This document shows, piece by piece, positions 1 to 13,900 of a DNA stretch of 64,000 bases. This DNA is from Anthoceros angustus (Eukaryota; Plantae; Anthocerotophyta), in assembly GCA_010909165.1 (NCBI GenBank), contig MU008169.1, positions 1,116,001 to 1,180,000 of the forward strand, read 5' to 3'. Below the pieces are notes generated by a model. It saw nothing but the letters and a program-made list of their open reading frames with translations, did not search any database and was not told where the DNA came from. The position numbers and the translations under genes were made by a program. How positions within the stretch are numbered: the stretch's first letter is position 1; each line of letters opens with the position of its first letter.

Positions 1-182
1 GCAACTAACCTCATCTCCTCATTTGTGAGGCCAAGAAGAACATATGCATCCATCCAGCATTTTGAACCAATGGATACAAGTCGGCTAGTCTAGATCCTGG
101 AAGGAATGATTCCTCCCAATACATAAAATTTGTACACCCCGATCCACCTTATCCATGTCAAAGAAGTTCTTGTTGGGACCTG

Positions 183-3100
183 GGCCGGGTCTACAATGAC
201 AATCATGGGCACACCACCACCACGTGGAATGCTTCATCTTTTGCATCAAAGCCTCCACCCAAGCCAGTCTAGCTTACGATTTTGCCAAACCGACATAGTT
301 CTTCCGAGGTCTACCGCTGATGGACAGCTTTAACGTGGACTCCCATACTCTCTTTCCCGCAATTGCCTCTCGCAACATCTCTCCCCTCATCGTCTAGCTC
401 ATCGTCATCCGTGGCTACAACCATCCTTGGCCTTCTCTATGAACTTTGGGAGCTCTTCGCCCCTCTCGGACATCATGTGCCATGCCCGCTTACTTGTTGA
501 CCTTCCCACCCCTCCCTCCACGCCGATTGCCGACTCTCAATCCCTTCCTCTTTTTCCTCGATTGTCTACCCGAATCGGCTGACTTGAACCCTTCGAGTGC
601 CATGGACCCAAATCCCGGTCCGTTGCATCCACCTCCGCCCCATCGTCATCTTCCACGTCTTCGTCGTGGGGCTCGGATATGATCCACCGGCCTCGGGCCA
701 TCGGCGAATGCCATCGCCAAACCCCTCATTGTCGGTCCCCACCCGCATCCTCATCTTCGTCTTCACGGCCAGAGAGGTTAGGGTGACATCATCGCAGACC
801 ATGGGCTAGGAAAAACCAGCTGGAGTGTGGGCGGACTGTTGCTTGGACTCACCGGACGTCCGTGGCTCGCAACCCTCTTACCAAGAGCTTTCATTTCGCA
901 AACTAGTCAAACGTGTCCCGCTGAATTATATTTTGTGCCACCACCTTTTGTTGCGTTTCATGCGCGCGTGCATGCATGGCGGTTGCCAACGACACCGCAG
1001 TGGATGGATTTGCTGATCCCATTCCGCACTAGGAGTTGCCATTTGATTTCCACTCGCAGATGCCATGCTAGGGGCCTTCTCGCAACAAGATGCCCTTTCG
1101 ATGTAAGCAATGCATCATCCCGCACACCTTCTAAACATTGCTGGTGCAAAGCCTTGTGGAAGACACGATGTCCATCACCGTGTCGCAATGCCTCAAAGTT
1201 CTTGCCTTTTCCTCGATTGTCTACCCGCAATCGGTGACGGCTTGAACCCTTCGAGTGCCATGGATGACCCAAATCCCATCCACCTCACCGCCCCATCGTC
1301 ATCTTCCACGTCTTCGTCGTGGGGCCCGGATATGATCCACCGGCCTCGGGCCGCCGTGCCATCGCCAAACCCCTCATTGTCTGGTCCCCACCCGCATCCT
1401 CATCTTCGTCTTCGTCGGCTAGAGAGGTTAGGGTGACATCATCGCTGACCATGGGCTAGGAAAAACCAGCGGCTTGAGTGTGGGCGGACTGCTTGGACTC
1501 ACCGGACGTCCGTGGCTCGCAACCCTCTTACCGGCTTTCATTTCGCAAACTAGTCAAACGTGTCCGGAATTATATTTTGTGCCACCACCTTTTGTTGCGT
1601 TTCACGGCGCAGATCATGCATATCGGTGGCGGTTGCCAACGACCGCCTGCAGTGATGGATTTGCTGATCCCATTCCGCACTAGGAGTTGCCATTTGATTT
1701 CCACTTGGCGCAGATGCCATGCTAGGGGCCTTCTGCAGCAAGATGCCCTTTCGATGTAAGCAATGCATCATCCCGCACACCTTCTAAACATTGCTGGTGC
1801 AAAGCCTTGTGGAAGACACGATGTCCATCACCGTGTCGCAATGCCTCAAAGTTCTTGCCTTTTCCGCTGGTTGGCACGCCACAATGTCAAAGTTCTTCAC
1901 CGCAGATCAGACTTTAACTCTAATCCATTGCGGTCCGCATTTAAGAGGCTCCTTGTGCTTGAGCCAGATCAAGAATATGACGACACCGCTCATCCTTCGT
2001 GATCGATCGAAAACAATCGCTCCGCACATTTCTTTTGGCTGGTGTGGTTCGTGATCATCCTCCATCGACACATACAAGAAGAGCAAGTCTTGATTGGGTC
2101 GTTGTTGCACCGTCCAACTTCTCTTTGTAATGTCAAATGGCGAGATCATCTTGTACATCCGTGGATCAAGTCAATATCGGACCGCTTGTAAGGACTCGGA
2201 AAGATGCCTTGGTCGTGAGGATGCTCTTGTGGAAAGACCCGCATCGTGGCGCAGCTTGAGTTGTCCTTGGAGTCCGGCCGGGTCTACAATGACAATCATG
2301 GGCACACCACCACCCACGTGGAATGCTTCATCTTTTGCATCAAAGCCTCCACCCAAGCCAGTCTAGCTTACGTACCTTGCCAAACCGACATAGTTCTTCC
2401 GAGGTCTACAACTGCATGCCTTTAACGTGGACTCCCATACTCTCTTTCCCGCAATTGCCTCTCGCAACATCTCTCCCGCTGTAGCGTCATCCGTGGCTAC
2501 AAGACCTTGGCCTTCTATGAACTTTGGGAGCTCTTCGCCCCTCTCGGACATCATGTGCCATCCGCCGCGCACTTGTTGACCTTCCCACCCCGCCCTCCAC
2601 CGATTGCCAAGACTCAATCCCTTCCTCTTTTCCTCGATTGTCTACCCAAGAATCGACGGCTTGAACCCTTCGAGTGCCATGGATGACCCAAATCCCGGTC
2701 CGTTGCATCCACCTCGCCCCATCGTCATCTTCCACGCTCGCTGGCTGGATATGATCCACCGGCCTCGGGCACCGAATGCCATCGCCAAACCCCTCATTGT
2801 CCGGTCCCCACCCGCATCCTCATCTTCGCCTTCGCTTGGCCAGAGAGGTTAGGGTGACATCATCGCAGTGCCATGGGCTAGGAAAAACCGCTGCTGAGTG
2901 TGGGCGGACTGCTTGCTTGACTCAAGCACCGGACGTCCGTGGCTCGCAACCCTCTTACCAGAAGCTTTCATTTCGCAAACTAGTTGTCAAACGTGTCCCG
3001 CTGAATTATATTTTGTGCCACCACCTTTTGTTGCGTCATGGCGCAGATCATGCATATCGGTGGCGGTTGCCAACGACTGCCTGCAGGTTGATGGATTTGC

Positions 3101-3705
3101 CTGCTCCCATTCCGGGCACTAGGAGTTGCCATTTGATTTCCACTCACGCAGATGCCATGCTAGGGGCCTTCTGCAAGATGCCCTTTCGATGTAAGCAATG
3201 CATCATCCGCACACCTTCTAAACATTGCTGGTGCAAAGCCTTGTGGAAGACACGATGTCCATCACCGTGTCGCAATGCCTCCAAAAGTTCTTGCCTTTTC
3301 CGCTGGCACGCCACAATGTCAAAGTTCTTCACCGCAGATCAGACTCTAATCCATTGCGGGTCCGACGAAGAGGCTCCTTGTGCTTGAGCCAGATCGAATA
3401 TGACGACACCGCTCATCCTTCGTGATCGATCGAAAACAATCGCTCCCGCACATTTCTTTTGGCTGGTGTGGTTCGCATCCTCCTCCATCGACACATACAA
3501 GAAGAGCAAGTCTTGATTGGGTCGCTGTTACACTGTCCAACTTCTCTTTGTAATGTCAAATGGCGAGATCATCTTGTACATCCGGTGGATCAAGTCAATA
3601 TCGGACCGCTTGTAAGGACTCGGAAAGATGCCTTGGTCGGGATGCTCTTGTGGAAAGACCCGCTGTGTGGCGCAGCTTTGAGTTGTCCTTGGAGTCCGGC
3701 CGGGT
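183..3705. repeat. Imperfect tandem duplications (~1.42 kb unit, plus internal ~655 bp duplication)
   Basis: ggccgggtctacaatgacaatc at 183 and 2276 (ggccgggtc again at ~3697); ttttcctcgattgtctaccc at ~552, ~1207, ~2627. Copies differ mainly by small indels. Confidence 0.9.
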
Positions 3706-3766
3706 CCGCTCGCGCTCAAGGCCTCGTGAGTCTGCCTTCCGTCGCGCTTTTTTCTCCACCGAGCGC

Positions 3767-5146
3767 CTGCGATTTGTTGGAGTCATTCTTCCGCTCGAGC
3801 CCTTGAGGAGCCATTCGTATGCAACTATGAAAGAAGTGAGATCACGTGTTTAGATTGTTAAAAGTCGACACTGCATGAGCTCGCAACTTCTCGCACGGAC
3901 ACCTGTGTGCAAGCGGAGTTGACAGGTTGATGCTCACAGACGACTAGCCCACCGCACTCGAGCAACACAATTGCACGCCGATGAGGAGGTCGAGTCCCGC
4001 ATGCCCGCCTACCGATGGACAAAGTGCGGTGAGTGAGAACGACCTGCTTTCTCCAAATCGCAAATCTCTTGCTTTTCCGCCACATAAGCTAGATGGAAAT
4101 ACACATCTTCCCGCCAAAGCGAGAATGAATCTATACCATCCGTAAAGGGGAAGGTGGGGTGTGCTTCATGAAGGAAGACAGGGCAAGGCGCTGTAATCAA
4201 GCAACTCCTTAAATGCTTTGTCGCCGGCGACGTGTTTTGCCATTGTCCCGCTAATGGGGCAATGTAATATTGAGCATATTCTAAGGTATATGCTAGTTAT
4301 GCCACTAAAATAGTGTTCTGGTGGCATAACGATGGGCACCTAGAGTGATTCAAAGATCCACCGACTAGCATACACCGCTTCCTACCACCGCAAAGTGGGC
4401 ACATCGACTTCATTGCCGATTTAGAAGGCTTATTTCGCACGAAGCCCGAATCGAGTCTGCGATTTGTTGGAGTCATTCTTCCGCCCTTGAGGAGCCATTA
4501 CATGCAACTATGAAAGAAGTGAGATCACGTGTTTAGATTGTTAAAAGCATGAGTGCAACTTCTCGAACAGGACGGCGTGTGCAGCGGGAGTTGACAGTTG
4601 ATGCTCACAGACGACTAGCCCACTGCACCCTCGAGAGCAACACAATTGCTGATGAGGAGGTCGGCGGTGTCACTGATCTGCTGCCCGGCCTGATGGACAA
4701 AGTGCGGGTGAGTGTGAGAGCGACCCGTTTTCTCCGATCGCGGCAATCTCTTGCTTTTCCGCCATAAGCTAGATACACATCTTCCCAAAGCGAGAATGAA
4801 TCTATACCATCCGAGAAAGGGGAAGGTGGGGTTGTGTGCCTTCATGAAGGAAGACACGAGGCAAGGCGAGCTCTGTAATCAAGCAACTCCTTAAATGCTT
4901 TGTCGCGGCCGTGTTTTGCCATTGTCCGGCTAATGTGGCAAATGCAATATTGAGCATATTCTAAGGTATATACTAGTTATGCTAAAATAGTGTTCGGTGT
5001 GGCATAACGTTGGGCACCTAAGTGATTGCATCCACCGACTAGCATTACCGGCGCGTTTCCTACCGGCCGCAAAGTGGGCACCTCGACTTCATTACCCGGC
5101 ATTTAGTGCGAAGGCTTATTTCGACAGCCGCGGTGTATCGAGTCTT
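3767..5146. repeat. ~690 bp tandem duplication
   Basis: ctgcgatttgttggagtcattcttccgc at 3767 and 4457; both units end gcttatttcg...cgagtct. Confidence 0.9.
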
Positions 5147-5723
5147 GCGCATCCACTTCTCATCCACCTTGCGCATCTCCTCCTCCTCCTCACTGACGCC
5201 ACGCCGCCTCCGTGAGAGCAATGGCCAACGATGCAGACGAAGGCGTGTTCGATTTTGCAAATTTCAGGGTCGATGCATGTCATTCCGAACGGGTGGCCAT
5301 GAGTCCGACGACTCAATTGTTGATCTCAGATGATGCCCGCACAACCCCGCGCCGTAGTTTTAGAGGATGATTCAGCGGCGGCCGCGGCCGATGCATAGTC
5401 CTTGAAGAGACACGTGAAAGCGATTCACAACGGTGGAGAGCGATGACGGCGCGTGTTCCGTATATGGAGGGGGAACGAGGATATGGTTGCCACCGATGGC
5501 GACCTTTTTCTGTACGATCCCGTGTACGATGCAGAGGCGTAGAGGATCGCACAAGAAGAACTCGTGCAGACGTTTAACCGGATGTCCGATGCTCGACGCA
5601 GACGCCGCGACTGCAGCACCACGAGGCAAGACTGCACCATCCATCCGGACTTCTTCAGATCACCAGTGGCGAAGCGCATCGCGAAGATGTACCATAACGA
5701 TCTCGACTTAAAACCCCCGCCGA

Positions 5724-8700
5724 TGTGCCTTGAAGTGTTTTTTTTGTTTTTTTGGTCGAGTGTGGTGTGAAAATAAGTCGTTGATGAGGCAAGGGTATTT
5801 ATAAAAGAAACGTCCTTGGCCTATGGTTTTTTTTCCTTGTTTTTATTTCTTAGGTTAGATAATAAGGGTCCGGAACTCGATGTTCCTTGGCCCATGGACT
5901 TGGGATGTCCACTAAAAGGTCTATATATGTGAGGTAGGGGGTTGGTATAATTAGGGTGATAGGTCTATAGGCCGAGGATTGGGCGGTAGCCGAATGAGTG
6001 GGGTTGTGGATTGGGGTGTGGAGCGGTCGAGAGGTAACAGGTAGGGGAACCCGGGAACTTAACCCTAGGAAAAGTCCGCTCGGACAACGGAGCGCAACGG
6101 CCGGAGCGAGCGAGCGCCGGAGCGCAACGACGGAGCGCAACGCCGGAGTTGCATCCGGAGAATACCGCGAAGGAGGCGCGAGGCGCACCACGAGGAAGGA
6201 GCTCAACCCCATCCGCGACATCGCGAGTCGCGACGCTAGAGGAGGAAGGCGACGGGCCGCGGTTGGGAGGTAGGAACCTCGAGACCGACTCGCCAGTAAT
6301 TCGCGAATCACCGATTTGAGGCGACCGGGAGATCAGGAGGGATGGCGCCAAGGTCGCACTGAGATTGTGCTTGCCCAATGGCCAAACATGGATCATTGGA
6401 AAGTTCGAAATGGGAATTGGTGAAGGAGCTGCTTGGCTTCATGGAAGAACGGTGGAATTACATGAACTTGGGACTGGTGCAGAGTGTGCGCCACCAAGGA
6501 CAAACAAGCTGGGGAATTAGAGCGAAGCAGGATTGGGACCCGGAATTGGTTAGAGAGTGTATGCAGAAGGAGGAGGCGCGGTTTGGTGATGGAGCCCAAA
6601 AGGAGCACAAAGAAATACCGGTTAAGGCGGGCGACCGAACCCAACGGCCGACGGGATTTGGCAACATAGCTTGATGGGTCCGCCGATGGCCTATGTTTCG
6701 CAAAGACAAGAAGGTGATTATTTGTCCGACCACTTGCCGCTCTCCATGAAGTGGTCAAGGGGCAAAAATCGATTGGGGACGAATTCTCTGTTGTGTGAAG
6801 AGAGGTTGAACTTGATTTCTCCTACCCTCGACCTCTAATTTCACCATTTCTGGTCCATCTTTATGTGCATGCTAACTGCCTGCCAGAGGTGGAAATTGTG
6901 GCCTCCCTTCACATGTGGAAGCCGCTTAGGGAGGTGAAATGGAAGGCGGAGGAGCCCAAGGAGGAAATCGAGGAAAATCGGATAGCCGGAGTCCGTATGG
7001 CGCCTGAGGAAGAGAAGGAAATTTCTACCAAGAAAAGAGGAAGACCGGGGTGAAGACGGCAATAAAAAGGTGAAGGGGATGCGCTGTCACTGTCGAAAAC
7101 GCGCCACCAGAAAATGAAGGCCAAATGGCAGATTGAGGTGGCAGAAGAGGAGGCGCGATCCGAGGAGGACAATTTTGCCGACGATGCGATGCATGATGAA
7201 TCAACCCCGAGGGTTTAGGCTGACTAAGCGGACCTCCTCAAAGATGGGAAGAGATTTTCAAGGGGACTCCACCGCAACAGAGGTGGATGCAACCGAATTG
7301 GTGAGGTGCGCACCTTGCCGGAAGGAAAGTTCTCGAGGGATGGCGCCGCTGGGGCCGCCAACAAGTGGATTTGCGTGAGCCGACCACATCGATGATCCGC
7401 CTGCCGGATTTGTTGGATCAAGCGCTTTAGCCTCACCGCCTGGTGCAAGGGCGACGGAGGAAGTGGTGAAGGCCAGTTTGACGAAGAGGAGGCCAAGCGC
7501 AAGCAACCGGAGGAAGACAAGCGGTCCTAGAGGAAATAAGGGCCAAGATTCAAGAAGATTTGTGCAGGCTCAGAGAAGTTGCAAGCCATGACGAGCCACA
7601 GGAAGCGCCATGGCTCAAATTAAGGATGCCCACAGACGAACCAGAGATGCAGGGGAGTTGTTGAGCCCAGAGCGTGAGGCGCCTCGGAGAAGGCCCATAA
7701 GTCGGCGGAGCGATAAACGGAGCGGATGAGGCACGTGGCCGAGCCGTAAAGGACAAAGGGAAGGGGAAGCGAGGTAGTGACCACGATCGGGTAGTGGAAG
7801 GAACTACCGAACGAAGGAAGCAAAGAACCGAGGTAGCCAAACACCTACCGTGGTTGTCAACACGATTATGGAGTCCACCATCACTGTAGTGGCCACCGAC
7901 ATTGGCGCCCAAGGTCACTGAGATTGTGCTTGCTCCATGGCCAAACATGGATCATTGGAAAGTTCGATGGGAATTGGTGAAGGAGTCAAGCTTGGCTTCA
8001 TGGAAGAGCGGGGAATTACATGAACTTGGGACCGTGCAGTGTGCGCGCCACCAAGGACAAACAAAGCGGGGAATTAGAGCGCCGCAGGATTGGGACCGGA
8101 ATTGGTTAGGAGGGTGTATGGGCGCAGAAGGAGGAGGCGGTTTGGTGATGGAGCCGCCCGAAAAGGAGCAGCAGCAGCAACCGGTTAAGGCGGGCGACTG
8201 AACCCAACGGTTGACGAGGGATTTGGCAATGCAGCTTGATGGGTCCGCCGATGGCTCCTATGTTTCGCAAAGACAAGAAGTGGATTATTTGTCCGACCAC
8301 TTGCCGCTCCTCCATGAAGTGGTCAAGGGGAAATCGATTGGGGACGAATTCTCTCGACTGTTGTGTGAAGAGAGGTTGAACTCGATTTCTCCTACCCTCG
8401 ACCTCTAATTTCACCATTTCGTCCATCTTTATGCATGCTAACCGCCCGAGGTGGAGATTGTGGCCTCCCTCACATGTGGAAGCCGCTTAGGGAGGTGAAA
8501 TGGAAGGCGGAGGAGCCCAAGGAGGAAATCGAGGAAAATCGGATGGGAGTCCGTATGCAGGCCTGAGGAAGAGAAGGAAATTTCTACCAAGAAGAGGAAG
8601 ACCGGGGTGAAGACGGCCTCAAAAGGTGAAGGGGATGCGCTGTCACTGTCGAAAACCATGAAAATGAAGGCCAAACGATTGAGGTGGTAAGAGGAGGCGC

Positions 8701-11068
8701 GATCCGAGGAGGACAATTTTGCTGACCTGGATGCAGATGATGAATCAACCCCGGAGGGTTTAGGGTCGACCGTGGCGGACCTCCTCAAAGATGGGAAGAG
8801 ATTTTCAAGGGGACTCCACTGGCAACAGAGGTGGATGCAACCGAATTGGTGAGGGTGCGCACCTTGCCGGGAGGAAAGTTCTCGAGGGATGGCGGCGCTG
8901 GGGCCGCCACAACAAGTGGATTTGCGTGAGCCGACCACATCGATGATCCGCCTGCCGGATTTGTTGGATCAAGCGCTTTAGCCTCACCGCCTGGTGCAAG
9001 GGCGACGGAGGAAGTGGTGAAGGCCAGTTTGACGAAGAGGAGGCCAAGCGCAAGCAACCGGAGGAAGACAAGCGGTCCTAGAGGAAATAAGGGCCAAGAT
9101 TCAAGAAGATTTGTGCAGGCCCAGTGAGAAGTTGCAAGCCATGACGAGCCACAGGAAGCGCCATGGCTCAAATTAAGGATGCCCACAGACGAACCAGAGA
9201 TGCAGGGGAGTTGTTGAGCCCAGAGCGTGAGGCGCCTCGGAGAAGGCCCATAAGTCGGCGGAGCGATAAACGGAGCGGATGAGGCACGTGGCCGAGCCAG
9301 AAAGGACAAAGGGAAGGGGAAGCGAGGTAGCATAACCACGACCGGGGTAGTGGAAGGAACTACCGAACGAAAGGAAGCAGCAACCGAGGTAGCCGAAACA
9401 CCTACCGTGGTTGTCAACACGATTATGGAGTCCACCATCACTGTAGTGGCCACCGACATTGTCGCGCCCAACTCTGAAGCGGTCATGAGCGGAGCAACAG
9501 GACGCGACGCGACCGCAGGACATGGACTGTGCAACTGTGTGTAGCCTACGGAGGAGGGTAAGCACCTCACCGCAGGAGGTCCTATTATGTTGCGGCACAT
9601 GGATGAGGAAACTTATGTTCCCCGGTCTATATGTGAATGGAGAACGCGTGCTTAACTTCACCGCCCATGTGCGTGTGGAAATAGGGACTGTGGCCTACCT
9701 ATCAAGTGAGGACCAAGTGCATACTTCTACCATCGCCCAGTGTGGGGTTGGCCCCTATTATGCGAGGCGACTTTGGAGGAGTTAAGGAGGAGGAGGTCCA
9801 GCTTGGGTGGACGAGGAACCGTAATAATCCTCAAAGAATAGGCGCAAGTGAAGACGCTAAGCTCCAGTAGGTACACCTCAAATTAGGACGCCCAGCAGCG
9901 ATGTGAGGTGGAAGTATTGTGAGAAACCCGTCGACGGGCCGCGCGGGCAGGAGAGCTCGTGGCGTGGCAATGGAGGACGAAGGCCAAGTCGAGGGAGGGC
10001 GCAGATAGCGGTGGATAGGTGATAGCATCCAAGGAAGAGATTTGGTTAGATGTCGATTAGACCTAGGAACGCCCGAATTGTGGGCGCCCTTCATGATAGC
10101 CATCTTAGGACCTAAAATCCGGGGCATGGCGCCATGTGTATAAGAGGGGCGGATTATGCCTCATGCAGAGCACTGCGTTGAGATCCCCACGCCTGTGGCT
10201 GGTTGGAGACGCCCAATTAACGGAGGTGTGCGAGACGCCCTAGGAATGGTCGAGCTTGCTCCGCTACCGGAGGAGGAAGGCGAGGCCTGGCCGACAAGGG
10301 AAGGGAACTAAGGGATTGGCACGGGGCGGGTCTGGAGCTTGCTCGTAACGCCTGCTGTGACGCCCTTGGCTCTTCTCGCTTCTTTCCTCGCTGGTTGTGT
10401 TCCAATTGAGGGTCCGTGGGAGTGAGTGGATGCCTCAAGGGGAATCGAGAGAGAGAGAAGGAGTGAGAGCATCGGGAAGGAGAGGTTATAATCAGACGCG
10501 CGTAATCGTGAGGGGAAGGAAGAGAAAACGTGGAGAGGTCATGGTCGAAATTGTGTGTAAGGATCGCGAATTGAGTCAGGCCGGCTGAAGAAGACGGAAC
10601 GTTGTGGAGGAAATAAGGTGGTGTGGCGCCCTTGTGTGTGTGTGCATGTGTGTGGATTGAAGGTAGAGGGGCCTAGGAATCGGGTCGAATCGGCCGGGCA
10701 TAGTGTGGGGTAGAATATCACCCGTGACTACGGTGGAGACAACCCTGTGAGTGAAACGCGCTACCGAATCAGCCGCTAGGGTTTGGTGTGGGACCCACCT
10801 CGGTGTTCGTTCCACTACCTGGTAGTGGTGCGGACTACCGCGGTAGTGGAGCGGGAGATGAGGTCGGGAAGTTAGATCCGTGGGTTGGACAAGACGGAGG
10901 TAGTAGTAGTTGAGTTGATGGGTGAGGAAGTAGCGGTGTAAGGCCCCACTTAGCAGTTAAGGTCGGTAGTGATAGAAGATAGCGCCTCGCACAAAACATT
11001 CCCTTGGGAGCGAATCCCGTGACTACAACGATAATGAGGGTGAATGACCTCACCGTGTCTCTGTGACA
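5724..11068. mobile_element. Long TG...CA LTR-like unit ('module X') with degenerate internal ORF
   Basis: Starts tgtgccttgaagtg and ends gtgaca. Both ends and an internal ORF (WPNMDHWKV..WELVKELLGFMEE) are homologous, in inverted orientation, to 61234-63143. TATA-like motif at ~5796; GA/GT microsatellites at 10447-10655. No clean TSD. Confidence 0.55.
6343..9461. repeat. ~1.56 kb tandem duplication inside module X
   Basis: ggcgcc(c)aaggtc..actgagattgtgcttg at 6343 and 7904; both units end gtggccaccgacattg. Confidence 0.9.
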
Positions 11069-11459
11069 TGATATTCCACCCCACACCATGACGCGTAAAC
11101 CGCGGATAACACCGGACGTCACGGCGACAAGGTCGGCCTCCAATGGATCCGTGGGCGGGTCCGTGAATACTATCGAGAATGTGCTACACCAGTGTGAGCA
11201 CCGGGCAAGACTCGATGTGGAGGTGAGTCTCCGGACTTTGGTGAGAAGATCCACAGCATTGTTGATTTTGGGCTTGGCTTGAAACAATATCGCACGCGGT
11301 GATGGCGGAGCGGTGGACCGGAGTCGCCCAAGAGCTAATGTGGTCCGTGGTCCCGGATCTTTGTTTGGTGATTGTGATGCCATCCAGCTTGAGTTGCTCG
11401 AGATGATGCCTCGCACATCCGCCAAAAGGTGAGGATTTGCAACGAGCCGACGACGCTAA

Positions 11460-13900
11460 GCGAAAGTACCTCCGCCGAGCTAGAATGGATTTGGTCTTAG
11501 AGAAGCATTGTTCCAGGCTGTTGTGCGATTTAAAGCGGCATTGTTGTGACAAAAATGTTTAGAGCGTGTTGGCCATTCAAATTGAAGGTGATTCGTAGCA
11601 TTCTTCCGCATGACAAAAGGAGAGCAGAACAGCATTTGCAAGACCATCCGATCCGATCAAGACGAAGAGGAGTTGTTGCCCATAGTATGGATAAACCGGA
11701 TTCCACATGGAAGAAACAGTGTGTGTGAGGGCTTTCATCGGGTTTTCGCATTGGGTCACTAAGATACAAGAATGCGCAAACCGGTAGTGAAAATGTTAGA
11801 TGGACCGTAGGCTACGGTCTAAAGCAGCCAACGCCATATGGATTACACGTCATGTGGATGGGCGTTTTCTTCAAAGGTCGGAAGCGCGAATCGGAAGTCT
11901 TCAACTTGCCGACTCGAAAGAGGAGATCTTCATTGAGTATGCGGTATAATGTATCACAGTTCTAATGCTTGTTACTACTTTTGCAAGCTTTGGATGAAGT
12001 ATTTCCAAAATACTTGCAATACCGGTTTCCCCAGGCGGCATCATGATGACCTAAAGAGGAAAATAAAAGACGGTGGTCGGACCACGACAAGGTGAGATGG
12101 CGGTCCTTATTCCAGCGGTCACCGGATGTCCGCGCCGAACTTTGGCGCAACCCCATGGCCTCATACCCTTTTCTTGCGAATGAAGGCGTGGCTTGAAACA
12201 AACCATGTGCACATTGTCGACGCCTTATTGTTGCGTGCATAAGAATGTGGAGCCGCACTCCACAGAGAACAACAATGAAGGAGCGGCGGCACCGCACAAG
12301 TGTGGGCAAAGGCTAAGTTCATTGGTATTGCCATAGATGGTATGGACCAAAAAACAGAGTTGCCCCATTACCGCAGATTGCCAAAGACGGTTGATTCCGG
12401 AGCCCTTGTCGGGCTTCACGTTCTAGGTGTGCTGGTGTTCAACTACTTGGTGCGCACTGAGTGTATTTGAGTTTCCGAATGTGAGAAATGATCCGAATGG
12501 AATCAGAGCGTGATTCAAGATGTTATCAATACCGGAGGGGCCGCCCCTATTCTATACTTGCATGGACAACACACCTCAAAACAAGAATCGAGGTACCGCA
12601 TATCCGTCCATGCTTGTGGCGAAAGGTATCTTCAAAAATCAAGGTGGGGTTTCTTCTTGTTGGCCATACCCACGATCGATTGACCAAATGTTTTCGAGGT
12701 TCTCGGTTGTGCTAGGGTTGAAGGATGCTTTCACACCGCCCAAATGATAGGGTTGCCGGAGCGGGCGACACCCCATCACCGCAGATTCACATATCAAGGA
12801 GGTGCCGACTTCAAGACCTATCTATGGCCGAAGGGGATCGTGCAACGTATGACTTGCATAATCACGTTTTCAACACCAGTTCAAAATAACAAGGAGAAGT
12901 CGCTATCGAGAGGACGGATCTAAGATGCAAGGAGTTTTCAAGTTCGATCACCGGTCACCGGAGGGTGGTGTGCGCTATTACGCTGTGGGTGCCACCACGG
13001 TGATTGTGGCGCTCCATTGTTGCCGCTGGTCCCATCACATGCCCAAGGTAAAGGAAAGGGACATGCAAAGCGGAAGGATGCCCTGGCGTCCGTGTCAATG
13101 ACGATAGTCTCCAAGGCAAGGGTAGTGGTAGTGGCGGGAGTCCATGAAGTAAAAGCGGGCCTAGAACGCACCAAAGTATATGAATGTGGAGCAACTATCA
13201 TGGTGGGATACGCTCGGGATGAACAGTAGGAGAGACTAGCATGGCATTCCATTCTGCTGGAGATGTAATGGTCTTGGTACACTGCGATGAAGAAAACGAG
13301 GTACCACCAGAGACCCTCCAGACTCAACTTTGGTTGATCCCGCAATGGCCGACGGATTTTTGGACATGGTCGGAGGTGTACAGGGCACATCAAGTGCGGA
13401 GGGAGGGCAAGGGCGAGGCTCAGTCGAGGTTGTGTGAAGGAGATTGAGGAGGGAATGATTGCCGGCCCAAGCCGGGATGATCCAGGGCGTACCATTCGCT
13501 CGCAAAAGTGGTGGAGGTGGACCATGATGCCGGGGTCCCTTTCATGATAGTTCATTGGTGGCGATGAGAACAATGATGCATTCGAGGGAAGGTACATGGA
13601 GGAGTTTAGATACGGCGCCCACCGTGTCGAGGGAAAAAGTGCGATCAAAGAATGGAGGCAGAGGGCGTGGAGAAGCATTTGCAAAGCCTCAACTTCCGAG
13701 ACAAATGTGCTGGCCTATGATTTCACCGACAAGGAACAAGACGCTGCAGAGGACGACAATGAAGCGATAAAGACCAAAGTCTTTGAGTTGCGTCGAGCCG
13801 GGCCGATGAACCGCGAGGCTTCCGCCACCGACACGAATGTCATGCCCAAGACATGATTGACTCGGAAGACCTCGACAATGTGGAATCAACGGATGAGTCC
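11460..13900 (+). pseudogene. Sola-like / DUF7869-type DDD transposase (frameshifted)
   Basis: Motifs: CCDKxC Cys cluster ~11540; IAIDGMDQK..LPH (12327); LYxxMDNT.QNKN (12552-12590); KIKVGFLLVGHTHDxIDQMFSRFS (12635-12705). The 5' part may start at ~5270 and be interrupted by module X. Confidence 0.75.

Larger units (their letters stand above)
1..5230 (-). pseudogene. Large frameshifted gene with ParB/Srx-like domain (C-terminus beyond window) and upstream Cys/His-rich segments
   Basis: Reverse strand 230->1 across indels reads GVPMIVIVDPAQVP..FFDMDKVD..YKFYVLGG(N)HS...LYPLV...WMDAYVLLGLTNEEMRLVA. This is colinear with GVPPLLCMIDPSEC...YGVLGGNHT...YVEAHVYCGL at 51110-50900. The start position is approximate. 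Confidence 0.6.

Noticed and set aside
5372-5644. Second GGNH motif (VAIGGNHIL) on the - strand as another ParB domain
   Set aside because: The context does not align well with the two convincing ParB domains, and the region more likely belongs to the + strand 5' part of the transposase gene.
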